DNA from: an uncultured Spirochaetota bacterium
Lineage (GTDB): Bacteria > Spirochaetota > Spirochaetia > SZUA-6 > Fen-1364
Length of the DNA stretch: 64,000 nt
Direction: 5' to 3'
Assembly: GCA_963820525.1 (NCBI GenBank)
Contig: CAWGAA010000003.1
Span: forward strand, 992,001 to 1,056,000
Positions 17,923 through 27,125 of this stretch are shown in pieces (within the stretch, counting starts at the first letter, position 1; each line of letters opens with the position of its first letter). Both the position numbers and the translations under genes were made by a program. The notes under the pieces are model-generated. The model did no database searches, was not told the DNA's origin, and saw nothing but the letters and a program-made list of their open reading frames with translations.

Positions 17923-18735
17923 ATGCGGCGCGTCGTCGTCTGCGGAAGCTTCGACAACATACGCTCCGGCCGCGTCCGTCTCCTGCAGGAAGCCTCGCGC
18001 CTTGGAGAGGTTTCCGTCGCGCTCTGGTCCGACGAAACCGTACGAAGGATATCGGGAGCGGATCCCAAGTTTTCGGCGGATGAGCGGATGTACCTCATTG
18101 GCGCGCTCAGGTATGTTTCACATGTCTCGATTCACAACATGCCGAAAGGCCCTGATTCGCTTCCGCCGCTCGGGTTTCCCGCTCCGTCAATCTGGGTTGT
18201 CGATGCCAAGGAAGACTGCGCTGAAAAGCGGCACCAGGCCGCCTCCCGCGGCATCGAGTATATGGCTTTTGGGGAGAGGGAACTCGACGGTCTCCCTCTC
18301 GACGCGCCTGATCGCCGCGATGGACGGCGGAAAGTCCTGGTCACGGGCTGCTACGATTGGTTTCACTCCGGCCACGTACGCTTCTTCGAGGAAGTCTCCC
18401 GCCTGGGAGATCTCTCTGTGGTGGTGGGAAGCGACGCGAACGTGCGGATGCTCAAGGGGGAGGGTCATCCCCTGTTCTCCCAGGATGTGCGCCGATACAT
18501 GGCGGGCTCCGTGCGGTATGTCACCGAGGCACTCATCTCGACGGGACAGGGGTGGATGGACGCCGAGCCCGAGATCAGGCGGATCAGGCCCGATATATAC
18601 GCGGTCAACGAGGACGGCGACAAGCCGGAGAAACGTGCGTTCTGCGAGGCGAATGGGATCGAGTACGCGGTTCTGCGCCGCGTACCGCGAGCCGGGCTTC
18701 CCCGCAGGACCAGCACGGACCTTCGGGGGTTTTAG
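17923..18735 (+). CDS. Tandem HIGH-type nucleotidyltransferase (TagD/RfaE-II-like, two domains)
   Basis: Domain 1 VCGSFDNIRSGRVRLLQEA (degenerate); domain 2 VTGCYDWFHSGHVRFFEEV...RRTSTDLR; true start ATG 17923 lies within the 17185 ORF. Confidence 0.85.
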   Translation: MRRVVVCGSFDNIRSGRVRLLQEASRLGEVSVALWSDETVRRISGADPKFSADERMYLIGALRYVSHVSIHNMPKGPDSLPPLGFPAPSIWVVDAKEDCAEKRHQAASRGIEYMAFGERELDGLPLDAPDRRDGRRKVLVTGCYDWFHSGHVRFFEEVSRLGDLSVVVGSDANVRMLKGEGHPLFSQDVRRYMAGSVRYVTEALISTGQGWMDAEPEIRRIRPDIYAVNEDGDKPEKRAFCEANGIEYAVLRRVPRAGLPRRTSTDLRGF

Positions 18736-18810
18736 TCTCAGCGCGGCGCTGCGCGCGGCAGCATGCCGCGCCGAGAGGAGGGGCCGCCCCGAAGAATGCC
18801 GCGCGGCCCC

Positions 18811-19809
18811 TCATTCCACGGGCGCTTCGGCCACCGGGAAAAGAAGCTTCTGGTTTTCGGGCTGGAACATGTTCTGCCGGTTGATGTCTATCGAGCCGGT
18901 GTTTATATAGCGCGGAGACTTTTTCCCGTCGATGAGCTCGCGGGCAACCTTGATCCCCAGGTAGCCCATGTTGAAGGGCTTCTGGATGATGGTGTCTCTG
19001 ATGATTCCCTGCTCCACATACTTGAGCACCCGGAAAGTGTTGTCGAACCCGACGAAAAAGATCTTTGCCGCCTTGCCCGATTCGACGAGCGCCCGCGCGG
19101 CTCCCCGCGCCGTGGGTTCGTTCAACGCCACAATCCCGCGGAGATCCCTCGTGCGCGCGATGAGGATCTTGGCCTGCACGTAGGCCCGGGAAGCGTCCGA
19201 GTTGCTGTACAGGGTGTCGAGCAGCTTCACCTTCCCGTCCAGAAAGTCCCGGACTCCCGCTTCGCGGTCTATGGCGGTTGAGCTTCCCTTCACGTAGCTC
19301 ATGATCGCCACGGTGTCTCCCGGCTTCACGAAGCGCATGAGGGCGGAGCCGCACTTCTGGCCTCCCTCGTAGCTGTTCGTGCCGATCCGCACGTCCGGGT
19401 CGTCCGAGTTGATGAAGGAATCGATGCAGACCAGGGGGATGCCCCGCCGTTTGATCTCCCGGGCCGGGGGAATGAGCAGGTTGTAATCCGCGGCCGCGAG
19501 CACGATCGCGTCGGGCTTTTCCTCCATTGCCTGCTTCACCATTTCGATCTGCTCCGCCACGTCGGTTTCGCTTGCAGGACCCCTGATGGATACATCGATC
19601 GCGAAATCCTTGCCCGCCGACACGATGCCGTCGCGCACGCTGCCCCAGAAAGGGGAGCCCGTGTAGTCGATGGTCTTGAAGATAACGACGGCTTTCCTGG
19701 GCTGCTCGAGGCTGGGGCCGAAAAGATGGCTGCCCCTATACAGGAGGGTGAGCGCGAGCGCGGCGAGGAGGGCCGCCGTAAAGAAGACCAATACCGTGCG
19801 ATCCTTCAC
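18811..19809 (-). CDS. Sugar-binding protein (RbsB-like) associated with the two-component system
   Basis: TM anchor; FWGSVRDG, GPASETD, KPDAIVL, IGTNSYEGG, QKPFNMGYLG; GTGA overlap with the kinase. Confidence 0.9.
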   Translation of the reverse strand: MKDRTVLVFFTAALLAALALTLLYRGSHLFGPSLEQPRKAVVIFKTIDYTGSPFWGSVRDGIVSAGKDFAIDVSIRGPASETDVAEQIEMVKQAMEEKPDAIVLAAADYNLLIPPAREIKRRGIPLVCIDSFINSDDPDVRIGTNSYEGGQKCGSALMRFVKPGDTVAIMSYVKGSSTAIDREAGVRDFLDGKVKLLDTLYSNSDASRAYVQAKILIARTRDLRGIVALNEPTARGAARALVESGKAAKIFFVGFDNTFRVLKYVEQGIIRDTIIQKPFNMGYLGIKVARELIDGKKSPRYINTGSIDINRQNMFQPENQKLLFPVAEAPVE

Positions 19810-21560
19810 GGAGTCTCTCCTTCCGCGATGACGGGGATCCTGATGGTCGCCGTCGTGCCCATTCCCGGCGCGCTCTCGAACTGAACGCCGAACTCGGGAC
19901 CGAAATAAAGCCGGATCCTCTCCTGCACGTTGCGTACCCCAACGCCGCTGCTCTGGCTGGGCTCTATTTTTCCGCCCTGAAGCGCCTCCAGCTGCGCCGC
20001 CGGCATTCCCACCCCGTTGTCGCTTATCCTGATGACCATGGTCTCCCCATCCAGCTCGCCGATGATCCTGATCAGCCCCGGGCCTTCGCTGTTCTTGATC
20101 CCGTGGTAGATCGCGTTTTCCACCAGCGGCTGGATGAGGAGCTTCAGGATCTGGCGGTTGAACAGCTCCGGAGTGAAGGCGAGCTCGTACGAAAGCTTGT
20201 CCTTGTACCGCTCCTTCTGGATGGCCAGGTAGGTCTCGACGTACTCGATCTCGGTCCTCACGCTGATGGTCTCGCTGCCGCGGCTGAGGCCGAGGCGGAA
20301 GAACTTGGCAAGGGAGGAGGTCATGTCGATGGCGCGCTGGCTCTCGCCAAGCTCGATCATCCAAATGATCGAGTCGAGGATGTTGTAGAGGAAGTGGGGG
20401 TTGATCTGCGCCTGCAGGGCCCGAAGCTCGAGCTTCCGCTTCAGCTCCTGCTCCCTGCGGCTCTGTTCGATGAGGTCGCGGACCTTCTTGACCGCGATGT
20501 CGCAGTCCCGTGCGAGCTGGTAGACCTCGTTCGACGAGTTCACCGTGATGTCGATATCGAAGTTCCCGCTTTCCACGGCCTGCATGGAAAGGCGCAGCGA
20601 CTCGATGGGCCGGGAGATGCTTCTCGAAAGAAGAGAGGCGACGCCGATCGCCGCCACGAAGGCAAGGAGCGACAGGAGGAGGAAATAGTATTCAGCCTCG
20701 CGGCTGGCCCCGAAAAGCTCGTCCAGGTAGGAGACGGCGACCACCGTCCATCCCGTCTGTTCGGAGTTCACCGACGTGTACAGGATGGCCCTCCCATCCA
20801 CGACGGCGTTGAGGTAGCCCCCGTTCAGGGCCAGCACGTCTGCGATCCGCTCGGACTTCAGGTTCCCGTAGATGAGCTGCTGGCGGGGGTGATAGACGAT
20901 CTCGCCATTGCGGTTGAGGATGAAGACATAGCCGGACTTGCCCAGCCGGATGTCCCGGCACAGGCTCGCGATGATGTCGTAGTTCAGGTCCACCTGGATG
21001 ATGCCGATGCCCTCGGTTTCGGGGGTTTCCCGCATGTCGCGCACCAGGGAGATGACCCAGGGATAGCGGTTGTCGACGAGGTTTTCGACGTGGGCCGAGG
21101 AGACCGAGGGTCTGCCCGACGCCAATCCCGCCTCCAGCTCTTCGAAGCGCTCCCGGAAGCTCACCGTTGGGTTGAGCCTTCCGCCCGGCGCGGATGCGAT
21201 GGCCCTTCCGTCACGGGTGATGAGGAAGAGCGAATCGATGTCCCTGCGCACCGAACGGATGGCCTCGAAGGACTTGCCTATCGCTGCGCGAAGCTCGGGA
21301 GAGTCGGCGCCGGGGCTCGACATGAAAACACGGACATCCTCGTTGTTCACCGCCACGAGGGCGATGTCGTCCATGTACTTGATGTAGTTCTCGATGACCC
21401 TTTTCATCTGGTTGACGACCTGCGTCGTCGCCTCCTCGGCGTTCTGCACGAGGATCTTTCTGAGGTAATAGACCGAGAGTGCCCCCAGGAGGAGGATGGT
21501 GAAGATGATGAGGGCCGTGAAAGCCCTGATGAGGGTGTTCTGGATGCGGCGGATCTTCAT
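19806..21560 (-). CDS. YesM/LytS-family sensor histidine kinase (dCache-like, HAMP)
   Basis: ELRALQAQINPHFLYNILDSI; LLIQPLVENAIYHG; DNGVGM; GVGVRNVQERI. Confidence 0.93.
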   Translation of the reverse strand: MKIRRIQNTLIRAFTALIIFTILLLGALSVYYLRKILVQNAEEATTQVVNQMKRVIENYIKYMDDIALVAVNNEDVRVFMSSPGADSPELRAAIGKSFEAIRSVRRDIDSLFLITRDGRAIASAPGGRLNPTVSFRERFEELEAGLASGRPSVSSAHVENLVDNRYPWVISLVRDMRETPETEGIGIIQVDLNYDIIASLCRDIRLGKSGYVFILNRNGEIVYHPRQQLIYGNLKSERIADVLALNGGYLNAVVDGRAILYTSVNSEQTGWTVVAVSYLDELFGASREAEYYFLLLSLLAFVAAIGVASLLSRSISRPIESLRLSMQAVESGNFDIDITVNSSNEVYQLARDCDIAVKKVRDLIEQSRREQELKRKLELRALQAQINPHFLYNILDSIIWMIELGESQRAIDMTSSLAKFFRLGLSRGSETISVRTEIEYVETYLAIQKERYKDKLSYELAFTPELFNRQILKLLIQPLVENAIYHGIKNSEGPGLIRIIGELDGETMVIRISDNGVGMPAAQLEALQGGKIEPSQSSGVGVRNVQERIRLYFGPEFGVQFESAPGMGTTATIRIPVIAEGETP

Positions 21561-23167
21561 CTGTCGTCGAGCTTCCCGCGGTTCTGGTTCCTGAACTCGG
21601 AGGGCGTGATGCCCGCGTGCTTCTTGAACAGCGAGCTGAAGTAGCGGGCGTCGGGATACCCGCACGCCTCGGCGATTTCATAGGTCATGAGGTCCGTCGT
21701 CGCCAGGAGCTCCCTGGCCCTCGCGAGACGGAACTCGGTGAGGTAATCCACGAAGCTCTTGTTCAGGTGGCGCTTCACGAGCTTCGACAGGTAGCTCGCG
21801 CTGATGGAGAGGCTGTCGGCGACTTTCTGGATGTGCAGATCCTCCTCCGCGTAGTGTCGCGCGAGGTACTCCTTGAAGTCCAGGACCTTCCACTGGGGGA
21901 GGGGGAGGTTGCGGGAGGCGAGCGCCGTCGCTGCGAAAACGGAAAGCCGGGAAAGGACGGCCTGCACCTCCTCCGCCGTGCGCAGGCGTTCCACGGTCCT
22001 GTAGTAATCGATGCCGAGCTCGCGGGCGACGGTTGCCGAGGAAACCCCAAGGCCGCCGAAGTCGTCGAGGATGGTCGCGAACAGGTCGTCAATTTCGTGC
22101 CGAATCCTCTGCGGGGAGAGGCCCGCGCCGCGCATGGCGCGGAAAAAGGCGTCCGCCTGCGCCCCGGTCTCCGCGGCGTCACCCGACAGCAGGGAACGGC
22201 AGAGCTTTTCGCTTCGCGATCTGAGCTCCGCGATGCAGGCGGGATCGTCCTCCCTGGCTTGCGTGTAACGGAACGCCTTTCCCGCTTCCGTGACCAGGCG
22301 GCAGGCCAGAGCGGCCGTGGCCTCATCATAGGTCCGGGAGGCGTCGACCCAGCTCTCGTAAGCCCTGCCGATCCCGACCGTCGTCTCCGGCCCGGAGGCG
22401 GCGACGGCTTTTACGCCGACGATCTCCGCCTGTCTGTCGCAGCTCTGTGCGTCTGCTTCGAAGACGAGGACGGCCTCGCGGTCCTCCCGCGGTCGGAAAA
22501 CGAGGGCCCTGCGGGCCGAGCCGGCGGCCTGGGCCAGGGGCTGCGGGAGGAGACCATCAGCGGCCCCCGCCCCCTCGCCGGCCTGTCCTTCGGGAATGGA
22601 CGGGGGCCTCTCGGCGACTACTGCTACGCACGCGAGGCCCTTCGGGGAGAAGCCGAACAGGTCACGGAACTTCTCTTCGGAAATGCCCGGCGTTCCCGAG
22701 ACGATGTCCAGGAGGCTGCGCACTTTGAGAAGGCTTTCTCCCCTGTCGGCCCGCTCCTTGAGCATTGTTTCGTCCTCGCGGGAGCGCCGGTCGGCGTCGA
22801 GCTTCGCCTTGAGCTTGACCACGAGGTTGCCGAGCTCACGCGAGGTCACCGGCTTCAGCACGTAGTCGAAGACCTTCGTCCTGATCGCCTTCTGGGCGTA
22901 TTCGAACTCGTCATAGCCGGAGAGGATAACGACAAGGGTGTCGGGGCAGTTTTCGGCCGCGTACGCCGCCACCGCCAGCCCGTCGACGTGGGGCATGTAG
23001 ATGTCGGTCATCACCACGTCGGGATGAAGGCTGTCGATGGCTTCGATTGCCTCCCTGCCGTCGCGGCAGGGCTCCAGGAACTCGAAGCCGAGGCTCTTCC
23101 AGTCGATCTTGTCGGTGAATCCGCGGCGGACGATCTCTTCGTCGTCCACCATCAAAAACCTGTACAT
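21557..23167 (-). CDS. YesN-family response regulator (REC + AraC)
   Basis: MYRFLMVDDEE, TDIYMPHVDG, SGYDEFEYAQKA; C-terminal AraC EIAEACGYPDARYFSSLFKK. Confidence 0.93.
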   Translation of the reverse strand: MYRFLMVDDEEIVRRGFTDKIDWKSLGFEFLEPCRDGREAIEAIDSLHPDVVMTDIYMPHVDGLAVAAYAAENCPDTLVVILSGYDEFEYAQKAIRTKVFDYVLKPVTSRELGNLVVKLKAKLDADRRSREDETMLKERADRGESLLKVRSLLDIVSGTPGISEEKFRDLFGFSPKGLACVAVVAERPPSIPEGQAGEGAGAADGLLPQPLAQAAGSARRALVFRPREDREAVLVFEADAQSCDRQAEIVGVKAVAASGPETTVGIGRAYESWVDASRTYDEATAALACRLVTEAGKAFRYTQAREDDPACIAELRSRSEKLCRSLLSGDAAETGAQADAFFRAMRGAGLSPQRIRHEIDDLFATILDDFGGLGVSSATVARELGIDYYRTVERLRTAEEVQAVLSRLSVFAATALASRNLPLPQWKVLDFKEYLARHYAEEDLHIQKVADSLSISASYLSKLVKRHLNKSFVDYLTEFRLARARELLATTDLMTYEIAEACGYPDARYFSSLFKKHAGITPSEFRNQNRGKLDDR

Positions 23168-23273
23168 TACTGGTGCCGTCCGCTGTGCGTATGTCATCTT
23201 CGCCCGCAATGAACGAGCCATAATAAACCCTCTTGCTCAAGAGATGAAAGCGGCTGACGTGCCCCCTTCCCCG

Positions 23274-23314
23274 AAAAAAAATGGCCGTCCGTCTCTTTCG
23301 ACACGGGCGGCCGT
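23274..23314 (-). terminator. Terminator of the sugar ABC operon
   Basis: GGCCGCCCGT-gtcgaaagag-ACGGACGGCC followed by a T-run on the minus strand; second hairpin CAGGGCGTTCC/GGAACGCCCTG at 23315-23340. Confidence 0.75.
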
Positions 23315-23377
23315 CAGGGCGTTCCCTCGGGAACGCCCTGGGGCAGCATCAGAGAGGTTCAGAGAACCGAGATCGGT

Positions 23378-24337
23378 TTAATACAGGACGTTCTTCGCTG
23401 CGGTGCTGTCGATGTTGTCCTTGGTCACGATAATGAACCCGGTGTCGACCTTTGCCGGGACCTTCTTCTTCGCAATAGCGGCGTCATACGCGGTTTTGAC
23501 CCCGAGATAGCCCATATTGTAGGAGCTCTGCACGGCGATTGCCTGCAAGGTGCCGTCCTTGATGAAGTTCTGCAGGGGCGCATTGCCGTCAAAGCCGATC
23601 GCAACGATCTTTCCGGCGAGCCCTGCCTGCGCGATGGCACGACCCATTCCAACCGCGGTAGGCTCATTGGCGCCAAAGATACCCACGAGGTCCGGGTTCG
23701 CGGCAAGGACGTTGGTGGTCTGGTTGAGCGCGGTGGGCATGTCGGCGTTGGAGTACTGGGTGGTCACGATCTTAAGGTGCGAGTTCTTTGCGATGTAGTC
23801 CTTAAATCCGCCCACGCGGCCGATCTCTGAACCGACGCCTGCAACATAGGACATGACCGCGATATTTCCCGAGTCGCTGCCGGTCGCCGCCTTCACGCGA
23901 TCGATAAGCTCCTTTGCGCATGCCCTTCCGGCCGCGTCATTGTCCGTGGCCAGGAAGGAGACGTAGTTCGACGGATCTCCGGTCAGAAGGGAGTCGATGA
24001 CGACGACCGGGATTCCGGCAGCCTTCGCCTTCTTCACCACGGGGACCAGGGCGGTTACGTCCGAGGGGGCGAGGACAATGCCCTTGACGCCGCGGTCGAT
24101 CGCGCTTTCAACGATGTTGATCTCCTCGGTGATATTGCTCTCGGATTGGGGCCCGAGGAACGTGACCGAGAGCTTCGGGCTCAGCGCCTTGAGCTCTTTC
24201 TGGGCATTGAAACACCCGGTCTGCACATTCTGCCAGAAACTGGAGTTGCCCGTCTTGACGATGACCGCGATCTCCTGGGCCGAAAGCGCCCCGGCGACGA
24301 AGGCCAGCATCATGAGGATGATGAGCAGCTTTTTCAT
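23378..24337 (-). CDS. Monosaccharide ABC transporter substrate-binding protein
   Basis: Signal peptide MKKLLII; IVKTGNSSFWQNV; ATDNDAAG; QSSYNMGYLG; GGAGG RBS. Confidence 0.93.
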   Translation of the reverse strand: MKKLLIILMMLAFVAGALSAQEIAVIVKTGNSSFWQNVQTGCFNAQKELKALSPKLSVTFLGPQSESNITEEINIVESAIDRGVKGIVLAPSDVTALVPVVKKAKAAGIPVVVIDSLLTGDPSNYVSFLATDNDAAGRACAKELIDRVKAATGSDSGNIAVMSYVAGVGSEIGRVGGFKDYIAKNSHLKIVTTQYSNADMPTALNQTTNVLAANPDLVGIFGANEPTAVGMGRAIAQAGLAGKIVAIGFDGNAPLQNFIKDGTLQAIAVQSSYNMGYLGVKTAYDAAIAKKKVPAKVDTGFIIVTKDNIDSTAAKNVLY

Positions 24338-24439
24338 AAAAACCTCCTTCACGAATATCACAGTCCATACGGACTGCGTTTCCCGATGGTATGATGTCCT
24401 GCGCGGACTTCGCCGCTGCGGGACGACAACTCCCTGCCG

Positions 24440-25444
24440 CTACTTCCTCCTGATCTGATCGAAGTATACGGCGAAAATGACGACGAGCCCGATAACGATC
24501 TGCTGCATGAAGTAATTCGCCCCCTGCATCGTGAGACCGACCGTGAGTATGCCGATGATAAAAGACCCGATCACCGTCCCTCCCACCGTGCCCACGCCCC
24601 CCATGAAGCTCGTACCGCCAATGATGGCGGCGGCAATTGCGTTCAGCTCATAGCCCACTGCGCTGTTGGGCTGGGAGGTGACCATCCGCGAGGCGAGGAT
24701 GATGCCGACCAGGCCCGCGAGCAAGGCGCAGAAGATGTAGTTGACGATTTTGACCTGGCCGACCTTGATCCCGGAAAGCCGCGCCGCCTCTTCATTCGAC
24801 CCGACGGCGTAGGTGTACCTCCCGATCCGCGTTTTCTTGAGGATGAAGTGGCAGACGAGGGCTACCACGATCATGATGAGCACCGGGTAGGGTATGCCGG
24901 GGAATTGGGGCCCGATCCCGAAGACGGTGTTGTTGCCCAGCGCGCCGAAGGATTCCGGCGCCGGCTTCGCGTTGGCGTTCGTTATCGTAAGGGCGACCCC
25001 GCGAACGACATCCATCATGCCGAGCGTCGCGATGAAGGGAGGCAGCTTCATCCTGGTGATCAGAAGGCCGTTGACGAGGCCGCAGGCGACTCCGACGAGC
25101 AGACCGATGAGCATGCTGGCCCAGATCGGGACTCCGGCAATCGATGCCATCACGGCGACCGTACCGGTGAGGGCGATGACCGATCCGATGGAGAGATCGA
25201 TGCCGGCCGTGATGATGGTGAAGGTCACGCCGATGCCCATGAGGGTTGTCGTGCTTGTCTGCAGGGCGAGGGAAAGGATGCTTCGCATGGTGAAGAAATT
25301 CTTCGCCGTTATCGAGAAAACGGCAAACAGCACGACAACGGCGCCGAAGGTGATGAACTTGTCCAGGGCCAGCTGGGAACGCCTCTGCACGCCTCCGACC
25401 TCCAGGGCGCGCTCTTCGACGGGTTTCGGTGCGAAATCATTCAT
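24440..25444 (-). CDS. Monosaccharide ABC permease (RbsC-like)
   Basis: GIDLSIGS, LPPFIATLG, GSNEEAARLSGI, YELNAIAAAIIGG. Confidence 0.95.
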   Translation of the reverse strand: MNDFAPKPVEERALEVGGVQRRSQLALDKFITFGAVVVLFAVFSITAKNFFTMRSILSLALQTSTTTLMGIGVTFTIITAGIDLSIGSVIALTGTVAVMASIAGVPIWASMLIGLLVGVACGLVNGLLITRMKLPPFIATLGMMDVVRGVALTITNANAKPAPESFGALGNNTVFGIGPQFPGIPYPVLIMIVVALVCHFILKKTRIGRYTYAVGSNEEAARLSGIKVGQVKIVNYIFCALLAGLVGIILASRMVTSQPNSAVGYELNAIAAAIIGGTSFMGGVGTVGGTVIGSFIIGILTVGLTMQGANYFMQQIVIGLVVIFAVYFDQIRRK

Positions 25445-25459
25445 GACTGTGCCTCTCGT

Positions 25460-26998
25460 TCAGCGGGTTTTGGTGCGGTGCTCGGACCCGCTGCCTGTCG
25501 CCGTGCCAACCCCGGCGGCGAAGTTCAGGATCTCCTCCTGGGTGGTGTCTTTTGTGACCAGCGTCGCTTTGAGACTTCCTTCATGGAGCACCAGGACGCG
25601 GTCCGTCATGCCCAGGATCTCGGAAAGCTCTGCGGAGATCATGATGACCCCGACCCCCCCCCGGGCCAGGCGCTCGATGAGCTCGTAGATCGCGTACTTG
25701 GTGCCGACGTCGATGCCGCGGGTCGGCTCGTCGAAGATTAAAATCTTCGAGTTGCAGAAGAGCCACTTGGCGACGACCACTTTCTGTTGGTTGCCGCCGG
25801 AGAGGTTGTTGACCACCTGGGTGAGACTCGGAGTCTTTATCGTGAGCTCGTCCACGTACTTCTGGCAGGCTTCCAACTCCCGGCTGCGGGAGATCACGCC
25901 GAACCTCTGCGAGACGTGCTTCATGTTGGCCATGGTGACGTTCTCTGCCAGCTGCATCCTCACGGCCAGCCCTTCCAGCTTCCTGTTCTCCGAGAGGTAC
26001 GCAATCCCCGCCTGTATGGAATCCGAGGGCGAGGCCAGGGACAGCCTGCGGCCGTTCATGATCACTTCCCCCGAATCGATGTGATCCGCCCCGAAGATGG
26101 CCCTGGCCAGCTCCGATCTGCCCGCGCCCATGAGGCCCGCAATGCCCAGGATCTCATTCTTGTACAGGTCGAAGGAGATGCCATGAAGGATGCCCTTGCG
26201 GACGATGTTTCGGACCTCGAGGATCTTCTCGCCGGTGGGGATGTTGCGCTTGGGTGGGAACTTGTTCTCCAGCTTGCGTCCCACCATCCGGCTCACGATC
26301 TCCTCAATGCTGATCGCGTTGTACTGGTCGGTGCTGACGTGGTGGCCGTCTCGAAAGATGGATATCCGATCTACGATGTGCTTCAGCTCTTCCAGGCGAT
26401 GTGAGATGTAGATGATTGCCACCCCATGGTCGCGCAGCGTGTGAATGACGTTGAAAAGCTCGTCTATCTCGGATTCCGGGAGCGCGCTGGTCGGTTCGTC
26501 CATGATGAGGACTTCCGACTCGAAGGAGAGGGATTTCGCGATCTCCACCATCTGCTGCTTGGAAATGGGAAGCCGGTTAAGCGTTACGGTGGGATCGATA
26601 TGGAGATTGAGCCGCTCGAGGATAGCCACCGCATCCACGTTCATCTTCTTTTCATTGAGGGTCCCCAACCTCGTCAAGGGTTCCCTGCCGATGAAGATGT
26701 TGGCGGCCACCGAGAGATGGGGAATGAGGTTGAGCTCCTGGTAGATGATGGCGATGCCGGCGTCGCGGGCCTGCGTGGAGTCCTGAAACCGGACCTGCTT
26801 GCCCTTATACGTGATCACACCCTCGTCGGCCTGGTAATCTCCGCAGAGAATCCTCATGAGGGTCGATTTGCCCGCCCCGTTTTCGCCGACCAGGGCGTGG
26901 ACCTCGCCCTTTCGCAGGTCAAACGATACGCGGTCCAGCGCCTTCACTCCGGGAAAGCTCTTGGAAACGTTCTCTACTTCTAGGATGACCTCGGGCAT
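25460..26998 (-). CDS. Monosaccharide ABC ATP-binding protein (RbsA-like)
   Basis: GENGAGKSTL, MDEPTSAL, LSGGNQQKV, FDEPTRGIDVG. Confidence 0.96.
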   Translation of the reverse strand: MPEVILEVENVSKSFPGVKALDRVSFDLRKGEVHALVGENGAGKSTLMRILCGDYQADEGVITYKGKQVRFQDSTQARDAGIAIIYQELNLIPHLSVAANIFIGREPLTRLGTLNEKKMNVDAVAILERLNLHIDPTVTLNRLPISKQQMVEIAKSLSFESEVLIMDEPTSALPESEIDELFNVIHTLRDHGVAIIYISHRLEELKHIVDRISIFRDGHHVSTDQYNAISIEEIVSRMVGRKLENKFPPKRNIPTGEKILEVRNIVRKGILHGISFDLYKNEILGIAGLMGAGRSELARAIFGADHIDSGEVIMNGRRLSLASPSDSIQAGIAYLSENRKLEGLAVRMQLAENVTMANMKHVSQRFGVISRSRELEACQKYVDELTIKTPSLTQVVNNLSGGNQQKVVVAKWLFCNSKILIFDEPTRGIDVGTKYAIYELIERLARGGVGVIMISAELSEILGMTDRVLVLHEGSLKATLVTKDTTQEEILNFAAGVGTATGSGSEHRTKTR

Positions 26999-27125
26999 GC
27001 GCGCGCAATCCTCTCCCCATCAGGTATGCACGCTTTCACCGGGCGCGCAATCGAGAATACGGCACAAAGTGTTGGTTTTTCGGCACTCTCTCCGCACGAC
27101 GCCCGTGCGGCGCCCTTCCGGGCTT

